Shown here one piece after another: positions 1-9,524 of a DNA stretch of 64,000 bases; position 1 is the stretch's first letter, and each line of letters starts with the position of its first letter. Made by a program: the position numbers and the translations under genes. This DNA comes from Tepidisphaera sp. Its GTDB lineage: Bacteria > Planctomycetota > Phycisphaerae > Phycisphaerales > UBA1924. The notes below the pieces were generated by a model. That model worked only from the letters and a program-made list of their open reading frames with translations, was not told the DNA's origin and made no database searches. The DNA is taken from NCBI GenBank assembly GCA_050916045.1, contig CP051526.1, forward strand, positions 1,376,001-1,440,000, in the 5' to 3' direction.

Positions 1-165
1 GGCGTCGGAAGCGGCGGCGGCGAGGGCGGCGCGGGCTTCTTCGAGGGAGGTTGCGACCTGCGGGCGGAAGCCTTCGGCGTGGAGGAACTCGGCGAGGCTT
101 TCGCCGACGAGGGCGTCGTCGTCGACGACGAGGACGCGAACGCCGGATGTCGCCGGGGCGGGCAT
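1..165 (-). CDS. Response regulator, N-terminal receiver domain (runs off window edge)
   Basis: Manual translation MPAPATSGVRVLVVDDDALVGESLAEFLHAEGF... has the receiver LVVDDD motif; AGGAG RBS upstream; follows the kinase gene. Confidence 0.85.
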   Translation of the reverse strand, partial: MPAPATSGVRVLVVDDDALVGESLAEFLHAEGFRPQVATSLEEARAALAAAASDA

Positions 166-175
166 GGGCGTGCTC

Positions 176-1030
176 CTAGTTGACGGTGGGGACGGGGAGG
201 ACGATGCGGAGGAGTGCGCCCGGGCGTTTGGGGTCTCGGGGGTCGCGGCGGCGGAGGAGGACGATGTTGCCGCCGGCGGCTTCGACGACGGAGCGGGCGA
301 CGGCGAGGCCGAGGCCGAGGCTACCGGGCTTGTGGGTGAAGCCGGCTTCGAAGACGCGGGCGAGGTCGGCGCCGCTTGGGGGGCCGACGCCGTCGTCGGT
401 GATCTCGATGGCGACCATGGGGCGGACGGTGGCGGTCCGCATGTCGAAGTCTTCGGTGCGGGCGGTGACGGAGATCATGCCGCCGGGGACGGCTTCGTCG
501 AACATGAGGCGGTTGATGGATTCGACGGAGTTCTTGAGGCCGTTGAGGACGGCGAGGTAGAGGGGGCCGGCGGGGAGTCGGCCGACGGTGTCGGTGACGG
601 AGACGCTGAGGGAGACGCCGAGTTCGGCGGCGGCGGGGCTCATGACTTCGACGGCGTGGTCGATGGCGTCGGCGAGGCTGACGGGCCGGCCGCCGGTGAG
701 GAGCGGGGAGCCGAGGGAGAGAGAGGGTCCCTGCATTGCGCCGTGGACGAGGGTGGCCATTTGCTCAAGGGCGGTGGAGGTGGCGTCGAGCTGGCGTTGG
801 ACGCGTTCGGACTGCGGGTCCCTGGCCCATGCGTCGCTGGCGCAGAGGGAGCGTCGTGCGAGGGAGAGGCAGCGGAGGGAGCCGTCGAGGAGGTTTCGGA
901 GCTCGTGGATGAGGACGCCAACATCACCGAGGAATTCGGTGGCGTTGACGCCGTCGGTGGGGTCGGCGGGCTGCCGATGGATGGCTCGGACCTTGCTTTT
1001 GGGACGATCGTCGTTCGGGCGGCTTTGCAT
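176..1030 (-). CDS. Sensor histidine kinase (HisKA + HATPase_c)
   Basis: HELRNLL H-box, NGLKNS N-box, DDGVG G1, FT F-box, GLGLAV G2. Confidence 0.85.
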   Translation of the reverse strand: MQSRPNDDRPKSKVRAIHRQPADPTDGVNATEFLGDVGVLIHELRNLLDGSLRCLSLARRSLCASDAWARDPQSERVQRQLDATSTALEQMATLVHGAMQGPSLSLGSPLLTGGRPVSLADAIDHAVEVMSPAAAELGVSLSVSVTDTVGRLPAGPLYLAVLNGLKNSVESINRLMFDEAVPGGMISVTARTEDFDMRTATVRPMVAIEITDDGVGPPSGADLARVFEAGFTHKPGSLGLGLAVARSVVEAAGGNIVLLRRRDPRDPKRPGALLRIVLPVPTVN

Positions 1031-1189
1031 GCTTGTCTGTCTCCTGCCGACGCCACAACATCGACCATAAATGGCGGAACGTCAAGGGGCGCGGCTCGGG
1101 GGGCGTTGCGAAAAGTCCACAGTGTCCCTCCCAATCCCCCCGCGCGGACCGTGCCGCCCCTCCAGACGGCACGACCCCTATCCTCGCGC

Positions 1190-2371
1190 ATGCCAAGGAT
1201 CGGCTTTGACTCATGGGACGGCGCGGTGGCGGAGATCGACGGGAAGCCGCGGGTTGTTTTCGGCGGGTGCAACTACCTCGGGCTTGCGCAGCATCCGGAT
1301 GTGCACGCGGCGATTGTGAGGGGGCTTGCGCGGTGGGGGGTGACCACCACGGCGAGCCGCGAGACGACGGGGAACACGCGGGCGCACGAGTCGCTGGAGC
1401 GCGAGCTCGCGGCGTTTCTGCGGATGCCGGCGGCGATCCTGACGACGGAGGGGTACACGGCGAACATCGCGCTGGGGCAGGGGCTTGTCGGCGAGTTCAC
1501 GGTGGCGGTGGTGGATGAGAAGAGCCACAGCAGCGTGGTCTTCGGGATGGGCGCGCCGGGGCTTCGCGTCGTGACGTACAAGCATCTTGACGCGGTCGAC
1601 GCGGTGCGGATCGCGAGGCGGGAGCGCGGCGCGGGGGAGAGCGTGGTCGTGATGAGCGACGGCGTGTTCGCGGCGGGGGGGAGCGTGGCTCCGGCGGGCG
1701 AGATCCTTGCGGGCTTGCCGGAGGATGTGCCGCTGATTCTCGATGATTGTCACGGGTTCACGGTGCTTGGCGAGTGCGGGCGCGGGACGGCTTCGCACTT
1801 TGGGATCTTGGGCGACCCGCGGTTGATTTTGACGACGACGCTTGGGAAGGGCTTGGGGAGTTATGGCGGGGCGGTGCTGGGGCCGGCGGGGCTTATCTCG
1901 CGGGTGCGGGAGCGGGCGCTGGTGTATCGCGGGACGACGCCGTGTCCGCCGCCGCTCATCGAGGGGTCTCGCGAGGCCCTGAAGGTGATCGTGCGCGAGC
2001 CGGGGCATCTGGCGAGCTTGCGGAAAAACGTCGCTCACATGAAGCGGGCGCTCGCGGAAGCGATCGGGTGGAAGCCGGTGCAGGAGCCGTCGACGGTGCG
2101 CGGGGTGGAAAGCGAGCCGCTGGTGCCGATCTTCGTGTTTCACCTGCCGACGGCGGGGGAGATGGAGCGGGTGCAGAAGCGGCTTGATGACGCGGGGTAC
2201 TTTGTGCCGCTGATAGATTATCCGGGCGGGCCGGTGCCGCTTTATTTCAGGCCGACGGTGACCTCGTCGCACACGGCGGCGCAGATTGATGGGTTTGCGG
2301 CGGCGCTAAAAGCTTCTATTTGCGGGCCAAGCAGTAAAGCGGATGCTGAGGCTTTTGGCATATCCACTTGA
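1190..2371 (+). CDS. bioF: 8-amino-7-oxononanoate synthase-like class II PLP aminotransferase
   Basis: NYLGLA, GYTAN, DEKSHSS, SDGVF, LDDCHG and TLGKGLG motifs; start at ATG 1190 (the longer upstream ORF is a shadow of the kinase). Confidence 0.75.
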   Translation: MPRIGFDSWDGAVAEIDGKPRVVFGGCNYLGLAQHPDVHAAIVRGLARWGVTTTASRETTGNTRAHESLERELAAFLRMPAAILTTEGYTANIALGQGLVGEFTVAVVDEKSHSSVVFGMGAPGLRVVTYKHLDAVDAVRIARRERGAGESVVVMSDGVFAAGGSVAPAGEILAGLPEDVPLILDDCHGFTVLGECGRGTASHFGILGDPRLILTTTLGKGLGSYGGAVLGPAGLISRVRERALVYRGTTPCPPPLIEGSREALKVIVREPGHLASLRKNVAHMKRALAEAIGWKPVQEPSTVRGVESEPLVPIFVFHLPTAGEMERVQKRLDDAGYFVPLIDYPGGPVPLYFRPTVTSSHTAAQIDGFAAALKASICGPSSKADAEAFGIST

Positions 2372-3254
2372 ACTTCTTGAGTGTCTTTGGCTCTTGAACT
2401 TTGTTAATCATGCTACGCTTTGGCCTTGAATCGGGCCAGCTGTTGATCAACGAGCACAAGGCGTTCCCGCACGCATTCGCGTCGGCCGCTTTCCACCAAA
2501 AACTGGATCTGCATGAAAGACTGCTTTGGCCCTGTTTAACCCAATCCGAACCGAACAAAGCGCTGAGAAGGTCAGTGTTCTTTTGGGCTTCCTGGATCTT
2601 GTCCGGAGAAGACCAAATCGCCAACTTGGACCCGCCACATTCTCGAACGTCCTTGCGCAACTTCGGCATATCTTTGGCAATAGTCACAACTTCGGAAAAA
2701 ACATATCCTGCGACAACAAATCTTTCGCTCAAAATAGGCGATTGTACGGACTTGATGTCGCTGTGCCACCTGACTGTGATTACCGTTCCTAGGTGCGAGA
2801 AAGCCGGACTGCGAATCAAATCACTCCACAAAGACTCCGCTTCCTGCAGCATCGATGTGTTTGGATCGTACGCGTCGAGAATCAGCCGGTCGCCTCGAAA
2901 CGGCGTCTGTTCTTTTGCGTGAAGCAGTGCGATACCCCAGATGGCAGCGCCGGTTCCTGTGCCGTAATCTAACACGACTGAATTAGCTTGGGGACGAAGT
3001 ACATCAAATGCGGCATGCAGGTGGCAAATGGCGTCGTGTATTCTCTTGCCATGGAAGACGAGGGAGTACATTGGCCCCACCGCCGAAAGGTCGTAACTGC
3101 AAGGTTCGTGGTTGTAGAGGCCCATCACCGAATCAAAGGCCTTCTCCACATCAACTGGATCATGGGCGGCCAATCGCTTTGCTGCGCTATCTGCCACGAT
3201 CTGCGCAATGTGCGGCCCGATGTCAACTAAATAGCTATAAATGGAGTCGCTCAT
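2316..3254 (-). CDS. Low-GC hypothetical protein with class I SAM-methyltransferase motif
   Basis: VLDYGTGTG motif I then AYDPN acidic motif; visibly AT-richer than the flanks; ATGA-coupled to the radical SAM gene. Confidence 0.55.
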   Translation of the reverse strand: MSDSIYSYLVDIGPHIAQIVADSAAKRLAAHDPVDVEKAFDSVMGLYNHEPCSYDLSAVGPMYSLVFHGKRIHDAICHLHAAFDVLRPQANSVVLDYGTGTGAAIWGIALLHAKEQTPFRGDRLILDAYDPNTSMLQEAESLWSDLIRSPAFSHLGTVITVRWHSDIKSVQSPILSERFVVAGYVFSEVVTIAKDMPKLRKDVRECGGSKLAIWSSPDKIQEAQKNTDLLSALFGSDWVKQGQSSLSCRSSFWWKAADANACGNALCSLINSWPDSRPKRSMINKVQEPKTLKKFKWICQKPQHPLYCLARK

Positions 3255-4186
3255 ACCGGCGCAAACCCTGCCTTACCCTCGCCGAGTCCCGGCAATCGGC
3301 GCTTCAAAACGTCCCGCACCGCGACATACCCAGCCCCGGTCCAAGTGAATCGTTCAATGAGGGGCGTAGCCGTGTCCTTGGTTCCCGCTGCGTACTGGCC
3401 CTTCTTCGAGTGGAACGGCTGGACAATGAATCGTCCGACGCCCGTCGCGAGGAGTCTACCAGCGAAAGCTTCTGCGTCGACGACGGGGAGTAGCGGCGTC
3501 ATTGTGATACAGGTTTGAACGCCGCTTGCGCAGACTTCTGCGATCGCGTCGAGTCTCTGTTGATTGCTCGGACAGCCTGGCTCGAACGCCTTGCGCACGT
3601 CCTCGGAGTCGGTGGTCACCGTCATGTTGACCTGCGCAACCTCGAACTGCTTCAAGATGTCAATGTCTCTTGCCACCAGTGGGCTGCGTGTCTGGATGAC
3701 GATTCGCGGCTGGTGATGCACCAACTCACGCAGGATATCGCGGGTGAGTTCGAGTTGCTTCTCGATGGGCTGGTACGGGTCGGTGACGCTGCTGATGTAA
3801 ATCGACTTGCCTCGGAGGTCCCGGCGTGACCGCGTCAGGAGGTCAAGTGCGTTCGTCTTGACCGAGACCCATTTGCCCCAAGTGTCCGGTGCTCGGCCTT
3901 CGGGGGAAAATGCCGCCGCGTAGCAGTAGGCGCATCCGAACGCACAGCCCGAGTACGGGTTGATCGTGAAGTCGTATCCCGCCATGAAGCCTTTGGGCTT
4001 GGTCAGGATTCCGGCGACTTCCTTGTAGTCGATAACCGTCAGCCCAAGTCGCATCGGTCGGGTTCGGGTGGTGGGGCTCGACGACGTCGCTTCGGGCTCT
4101 GTCAGATTGACAAAGAGCGGGAACGGATCGGAATGATCACGGCGCAAGGTCATGACCAGCTCCTGTGTCGGCAAAATAGTAGGCAC
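3251..4186 (-). CDS. Radical SAM protein, spore-photoproduct-lyase-like family
   Basis: NPYSGCAFGCAYCYA (CxxxCxxC), SSVTDPYQPIE, QTRSPLV.RDID, FEP; true start may be further downstream. Confidence 0.85.
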   Translation of the reverse strand: MPTILPTQELVMTLRRDHSDPFPLFVNLTEPEATSSSPTTRTRPMRLGLTVIDYKEVAGILTKPKGFMAGYDFTINPYSGCAFGCAYCYAAAFSPEGRAPDTWGKWVSVKTNALDLLTRSRRDLRGKSIYISSVTDPYQPIEKQLELTRDILRELVHHQPRIVIQTRSPLVARDIDILKQFEVAQVNMTVTTDSEDVRKAFEPGCPSNQQRLDAIAEVCASGVQTCITMTPLLPVVDAEAFAGRLLATGVGRFIVQPFHSKKGQYAAGTKDTATPLIERFTWTGAGYVAVRDVLKRRLPGLGEGKAGFAPV

Positions 4187-4216
4187 GGCAGGAGAACACG
4201 ACCCGAACGCAAAGAA

Positions 4217-4248
4217 AAGAGGCCCCGACCGGGTGGTCGGGGCCTCTT
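4217..4248 (-). terminator. Rho-independent terminator after fusA
   Basis: 14-bp stem aagaggccccgacc/ggtcggggcctctt with 4-nt loop, followed by a T-rich tract on the minus strand. Confidence 0.8.
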
Positions 4249-4250
4249 CA

Positions 4251-4292
4251 TTTCCGATTTCAAATTTGAAATTTCAAATGTGAAACTTCAGA
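4251..4292. repeat. AT-rich heptamer tandem tract (TTTCAAA/TTTGAAA type, ~6 units)
   Basis: tttccga tttcaaa tttgaaa tttcaaa tgtgaaa cttcaga directly after the fusA stop. Confidence 0.75.
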
Positions 4293-4293
4293 A

Positions 4294-6429
4294 TCACTTC
4301 TTCCCGGCGACCTTTTCGCCCTTGCCGCCTTCGACGACTTCCTTCATGAGGCCGGCCGGCATCGGGCGGTACTCGAGGAATTCCATGGTCGCGCTGGCGC
4401 GGCCCTGGGACATGCCGCGGATGGCGGTGGTGTAGCCGAAGAGCTCGGAGAGGGGGATTTCGGCGGTGACGAGCTTCACCACGCCGCGGTCATCGGTGTC
4501 GATGATCATGCCGCGACGGGAGGAGATGTCGCCGGTGATGTTGCCGAGGTAGTCGTTGGGGACGGTGACGACGACCTTCATGATGGGCTCGAGGAGCTGG
4601 GGGCCGGCGCGTTCGACGGCTTCCTGAAGGGCGATTCGGCCGGCCTGCTCGAAGGCGATCTGCGACGAGTCGACGTCGTGGTAGGAGCCGTAGGTGAGGG
4701 TGACCTTGACGTTGATGAGCTGGTGGCCGTACTTGACGCCGCTGAGGGCGGTCTGGCGGACGCCGTACTCGATGGAGGGGATGAATTCCTTGGGGATGAC
4801 GCCGCCGACGGTGCCGTTCTCGAAGGCGACCTGCTCGGTGAAGTCGAGTTCCTCGGCTTTGGCCTGTTCGGCGGTGAAGGGTTCGATGGTGATGACGCAG
4901 TCACCGAACTGACCACGTCCGCCGGACTGCTTCTTGAAGAGGCCGCGGACATCCTCGACCTTCTTGCTGATGGCTTCGCGGTAGGCGACCTTGGGCTTGC
5001 CGACTTCGACGGCGATTTTGAGGTCGCGGCGGAGCTTGGTGGTGATGATGTCGAGGTGGAGCTCACCCATGCCGGAGATGATGGTCTGCTGGGTTTCGTC
5101 GTCGTAGGTGAAGCGGAAGGAGGGGTCCTCGCGGCGGATGACCATGAGGGCTTCGGAGAGCTTGCGCTTGTCGTCCTGAGTTTTGGGCTCGATGGACATG
5201 GAGATGACGGGCTCGGGGAAGGTCATGCGTTCGAGGACGATGGGCTTGTCCGCGTCGCAGAGGGTGTCACCGGTGTAGGAATCCTTGATGCCGACGACGG
5301 CGACGATGTTGCCGGCGGTGACCTGCTCGAGGGGGATTCGGTTGTTGGCGTGCATCTCGAAGATGCGGGAGGCGTTTTCCTTCTTGCCGTTGACGGGGTT
5401 GAGGATTCGCGTGCCCTTGGCGAGGGTGCCGGAGTAGACGCGCATGTAGGTGAGGTCGCCGTGGGTGTCGGAGACGACCTTGAAGACCAGCGCCGCGAAG
5501 GGGGCGTCGGTGCTGTGGGGCCGGGACATCTTCTCGTTCTTGTCCTGCGGGTCGGTGCCTTCGACGTCTTCGCGGTCGGTGGGGCAGGGGAGGAGGTCGA
5601 TGACGGTATCGAGGAGGGCCTGGATGCCGATGTTGCGGAGAGCGGCGCCGCAGAGCACGGGGTTGCACGAGCGGTTGCAGGTGCCCTTGCGGAGTGCTTT
5701 GCGGATTTCCTCGACGGTCATGGGCTGTTCGGAGAGGTACTTCTCCATGAGGGAGTCGTCGATTTCGCCGACCTTCTCTTCGAGGGTGCGGCGCCAGCCG
5801 TGGGCGTAGTCGGCGAATTCTTCGGGGATTTCGGCTTCCTTGACGACTTCACCCTTGTCGCCTTCGAAGAAGAAGGCTCGCATGGTGATGAGGTCGATGA
5901 TGCCCTTGAACTGAGGGCCGGTGCCCATGGGGCACTGGATGGGGACGGCGTTGGCGCCGAGGCGGGACTTGATGGTGCCGAAGGAGAAGTCGAAGGACGC
6001 GCCGAGCTTGTCCATCTTGTTGATGAAGCAGAGGCGGGGGACGCGGTAGCGGTCGGCCTGGCGCCAGACGGTTTCGGACTGGGCTTCGACGCCTTCCTTG
6101 CCGTCAAAGACGGCGACGGCGCCGTCGAGGACGCGGAGGGAGCGTTCGACTTCGATGGTGAAGTCGACGTGGCCGGGGGTGTCGATGAGGTTGATTTTGT
6201 ACTCTTTGCCGCTTCGGGTCCAGGGGCAGGTGGTGGCGGCGGACTGGATGGTGATGCCGCGTTCCTGCTCGTCCTGGAGGAAGTCCATGGTGGCGGTGCC
6301 TTCGTGCACTTCCCCCATCTTGTAGTTCTTTCCGGTGTAGTACAGGATGCGCTCGGAGACGGTGGTCTTGCCGGCGTCGATGTGGGCGCAGATGCCGATG
6401 TTGCGGATTTGACTCAGGTCCGTAGCCAT
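4294..6429 (-). CDS. fusA: Elongation factor G
   Basis: AHIDAGKT, RGITI, DTPGHVDF, NKMD, GMGELHL, KQSGGRGQFG, GSYHDVDSS, LLEPIM. Confidence 0.97.
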   Translation of the reverse strand: MATDLSQIRNIGICAHIDAGKTTVSERILYYTGKNYKMGEVHEGTATMDFLQDEQERGITIQSAATTCPWTRSGKEYKINLIDTPGHVDFTIEVERSLRVLDGAVAVFDGKEGVEAQSETVWRQADRYRVPRLCFINKMDKLGASFDFSFGTIKSRLGANAVPIQCPMGTGPQFKGIIDLITMRAFFFEGDKGEVVKEAEIPEEFADYAHGWRRTLEEKVGEIDDSLMEKYLSEQPMTVEEIRKALRKGTCNRSCNPVLCGAALRNIGIQALLDTVIDLLPCPTDREDVEGTDPQDKNEKMSRPHSTDAPFAALVFKVVSDTHGDLTYMRVYSGTLAKGTRILNPVNGKKENASRIFEMHANNRIPLEQVTAGNIVAVVGIKDSYTGDTLCDADKPIVLERMTFPEPVISMSIEPKTQDDKRKLSEALMVIRREDPSFRFTYDDETQQTIISGMGELHLDIITTKLRRDLKIAVEVGKPKVAYREAISKKVEDVRGLFKKQSGGRGQFGDCVITIEPFTAEQAKAEELDFTEQVAFENGTVGGVIPKEFIPSIEYGVRQTALSGVKYGHQLINVKVTLTYGSYHDVDSSQIAFEQAGRIALQEAVERAGPQLLEPIMKVVVTVPNDYLGNITGDISSRRGMIIDTDDRGVVKLVTAEIPLSELFGYTTAIRGMSQGRASATMEFLEYRPMPAGLMKEVVEGGKGEKVAGKK

Positions 6430-6753
6430 GATTCAACCTTTGGGGACATGCCCGGCCGCCGACCATCGGCGGGTACGGGCGGGGTGCGATTCGAGACTGA
6501 CCGATACGGCCCGGGCGAACAGTGGAACGCTCGGGCGGAAGAGATTGGGTGTTTCGGAGAGACAGCGAGGGCGGCGAAAGCCGCGAAGGTCAACGTGCGA
6601 TCTCTTCTTCCTCGTCGTCCATCGTGGCCCGTTCGGGGAGCGGCCTTGGCGTGTGGGAAACATCCCCAAAGAGGCGAAAAACACGCCGAGCCGCAGGCAT
6701 CCCAAGCGGGGGCAGAATGTTAGCGATCAGGCCCGGCGAATCAAGAACCTTGG

Positions 6754-9174
6754 CTAGCGAGGTGGTTGGGACTTGATTGGATCGGGGGTGCCTTCGGCGA
6801 TTTTTTGCAGGGCTTTGACGCGATCTGGCGGAAGGGTTCGGGTCCCGCTTGGGTCGAGGCGTGTGTTTTCGGAGAGGCGGAGTGCTTTGCGGGCCCAGTC
6901 CGCGGCTTGGGTGGGGTTCCCGTGTTCGGCGAGGAGCTGGGCGAGGCGCGCGGGGTGCTGGATGCCGTAGGGGTCGGCGGCGGCGGCGGCTTCGAGGGCT
7001 CGTGTGACCTGAGGGACCCAGAGGTGGGGCGGGTCTTGGCGGAGGGTGCAAGCGGCTTGGATGACGGTGGCGCGCCAGGAGAGGTTGGAAGCGGAGACGA
7101 ACTTGCGGGTGGAGAGGGGGTTGGTGAGGGCGAGGGCGTTGGAGGCGGCTTCGAGGGCTTGCTTGGTGTCACCGCGGTCGTTGAACCAGGTTGCGATCTG
7201 GAGTTGGAGTCGGGAAGCGGCTTCGCGGGTGAGGAGGTGGGCGGGTTGGTCGGCGGAGGCGAGCTGGAGGGCGGGGAGGGCTTCGATGGCGGCTTGGAGG
7301 CGGCGCTGGTCGAGCTGGTGGAGGAGTTCGGGTCCGGCGGCGGTTTCGGCGCTGATGCCGATCTCGCGGAGGCCTTGGGAGATGAGCTGCTGGGTTTCGG
7401 GGTCGGGCGGGCGCGGGCTTGAGAATGCGGCGTCGAGGTCGGCGCGGACGCGGGCGACGGGAGCGACGGCTTCGAAGGCTTCGCGGAGGTTGGTCTGCCA
7501 GCGAGCGACGGCGGGGGCGGTCCAAAGGACGAGGGCGAGGGCGCCGAGGGAGGTGGCGAGCCAGAGGACGCGTGCGGAGCGGGCGGCTTCGACGACGGTG
7601 GTTTTGAGGACCGGCATGAAGGGGACTTTGGCGGCGCCGATGCCGCAGGATGCGAGGAGCATGGCGTACCAGCCGGCGGAACCGGGATTGATGGGGGCCA
7701 TGTCGATGAGGCCGAGGATGGCGAGGACGATGCCGCAGGCGGCGAGCGCGGGGCCGGAAGGGTTGGCGAGGAGCGGGAGGACGGCGGCGGCGACGGCGAG
7801 AGCGGCGAAGAGGCCGGCGAAGCGGACCAGCGCGGACTCGGGCGTGGCGGTTGCGAGCTCGAGGATCGTGGCGAAGACGGTCGCGCCGGCGAGGATGAGG
7901 AAGATCGGGCGGATCTCGTCGCGCGTAGAGACGGGCTTGGGGTCGGGAGAGATTTCATCCCGGGTTTCGTGCTGGGTTTCGGCGAGGGCGGGGCCCAGGC
8001 GGAGGACCCACGCGAGCCAGAGGAGTGCCCATGCGAGGCCGGGGAGGCCGAGGGTGCAGGCGAAGTCGAAGAGCACGTTGTGCGGGCTTGAGATCTCTTC
8101 GGGGCTGAGGGGGTTTTTCGCGAGCATGTAGGCGGCTTGGAATCCGTCGGGACCGGTGCCCCAGGGAAGGCTGTCCGCGAGGATGCGGAGCGAGGCTTCG
8201 GAGTAGAAGGCGCGGAAGAGGAGGCTTCGCTCGCCGAGGGATTCGCCGATGGCGCCGCGGGCGAAGATGGCGAGGAGGACGCACGCGACAGCGAGGGGCG
8301 GGACCCAGCGGAGGGCGCGGAGGAGCGGTGGGCGGGCAGACCTCGTGATGAGGAGCGCGATGAGGAGGACCCCTGCCGAGAGGATGGCGGCGGCGTAACC
8401 GCCCTTGGAGCCGCCGAGGATGAGCAGGGTGAGGCCGCAGGCGAGGATGAGGACCGCGCCCAGACGGCGAGAAGCGATGAGGAGACCCAGGCCGGCGACG
8501 GACGCGGCGGCGCCGAAGGTGGCGACGATGTTGGAGAGGCCGAACCACGCGGTGGCGTCGGGCTGGAGCAGGCGGTGTTCGAAGGACTTGGCCATGGCGG
8601 AGTCTGGTGTCCATCCGCGGGCGGCGAAGAAGGCTTCCTTGTTGGCTTTGAAAGCGGCGACGGTGGCGGGGTGTTCGAGGTAGGTCTGGACGGCGGCTTT
8701 GGCGGCGATGATGGCGAGAGCGCCCAGGAGCGAAGCGAGGGTCATTCTGAGAAGCCTGGGGTTGTCGCGGATGGCGCACGCGGCGACGCCGGCGCTCATG
8801 GCGGCGATCCACGAGAAGCCGATGACGAGGTTGTCGAGGGAGCCGCCGCCGAAGAGTGCGGCGTGGCCGGCAGCGCCCATGGCGCCGATGAGGAGAAGAG
8901 CGGTCTGGATGAGCCGGCCGAGATCGCCGGGGCTGGTCATGCCAACGACGGAAGCGGCGAGGACCGTGAGGGTGCTGAGGATGATGGAGCCGAGGGGGAA
9001 GAGGCCGGAAGAGGGGACGGCCATGATGGTGGCGTCTTCGGCCCACCATGGAAAGGGGTCGTGGGTGACGATGCCGCGGGCGATGACGCAGGCGATGAGC
9101 ACGGCGGTGGCCGCGGTGCGGAGGCTGGCTTTGAGGTCGGCCCGGGCGTCGGTTTTGGCCTCGTCATCGATCAT
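6754..9174 (-). CDS. O-antigen ligase-family polytopic membrane protein with helical C-terminal region
   Basis: Many TM segments; GSKGG, SLLFR..Y, GTGPDGF and SPHN motifs typical of Wzy_C/WaaL-like proteins; start inferred. Confidence 0.65.
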   Translation of the reverse strand: MIDDEAKTDARADLKASLRTAATAVLIACVIARGIVTHDPFPWWAEDATIMAVPSSGLFPLGSIILSTLTVLAASVVGMTSPGDLGRLIQTALLLIGAMGAAGHAALFGGGSLDNLVIGFSWIAAMSAGVAACAIRDNPRLLRMTLASLLGALAIIAAKAAVQTYLEHPATVAAFKANKEAFFAARGWTPDSAMAKSFEHRLLQPDATAWFGLSNIVATFGAAASVAGLGLLIASRRLGAVLILACGLTLLILGGSKGGYAAAILSAGVLLIALLITRSARPPLLRALRWVPPLAVACVLLAIFARGAIGESLGERSLLFRAFYSEASLRILADSLPWGTGPDGFQAAYMLAKNPLSPEEISSPHNVLFDFACTLGLPGLAWALLWLAWVLRLGPALAETQHETRDEISPDPKPVSTRDEIRPIFLILAGATVFATILELATATPESALVRFAGLFAALAVAAAVLPLLANPSGPALAACGIVLAILGLIDMAPINPGSAGWYAMLLASCGIGAAKVPFMPVLKTTVVEAARSARVLWLATSLGALALVLWTAPAVARWQTNLREAFEAVAPVARVRADLDAAFSSPRPPDPETQQLISQGLREIGISAETAAGPELLHQLDQRRLQAAIEALPALQLASADQPAHLLTREAASRLQLQIATWFNDRGDTKQALEAASNALALTNPLSTRKFVSASNLSWRATVIQAACTLRQDPPHLWVPQVTRALEAAAAADPYGIQHPARLAQLLAEHGNPTQAADWARKALRLSENTRLDPSGTRTLPPDRVKALQKIAEGTPDPIKSQPPR

Positions 9175-9188
9175 CGAGGAGAGGATAC

Positions 9189-9524
9189 CTACTCCGGCTT
9201 CTTCCAGCCGGTGTCGGGATCCTTGTCGAGCATCTTGGCGGAGCGGTTGATGCACCAGGTGCAGATGGTGGCGCCGGTGGCGGAGCTGCGCCAGGCTTTC
9301 TCTGATTTGGTGAGGAGGCAGAGAGCGCAGGAGTAGCCTTCGTCGGCGTTGTTTTCGTCGAGGACGATGACGCGGCGGTAGGCTTCGCGGAGGCAGACGC
9401 CGCAGATGATCGAGCCTTTGTGGCCTTCGACCATGGCGAGATCTTCGGTCCATTCAGAGCCGCAGTAGTCGCAGAGGAAGTCGGACATCTGGGCGGCGTC
9501 TTCGTTGATGCCATCTTTACGCAA
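9189..9524 (-). CDS. ClpX C4-type zinc-finger-like small protein
   Basis: CDYC...ICGVC and CALC...ICTWC; TTG start with GAAGGAG RBS overlapping the upstream stop. Confidence 0.7.
   Translation of the reverse strand: MRKDGINEDAAQMSDFLCDYCGSEWTEDLAMVEGHKGSIICGVCLREAYRRVIVLDENNADEGYSCALCLLTKSEKAWRSSATGATICTWCINRSAKMLDKDPDTGWKKPE

Noticed and set aside
164..1189. 735-aa fusion upstream of the bioF-like domain
   Set aside because: The first ~340 aa are largely the antisense shadow of the histidine kinase.
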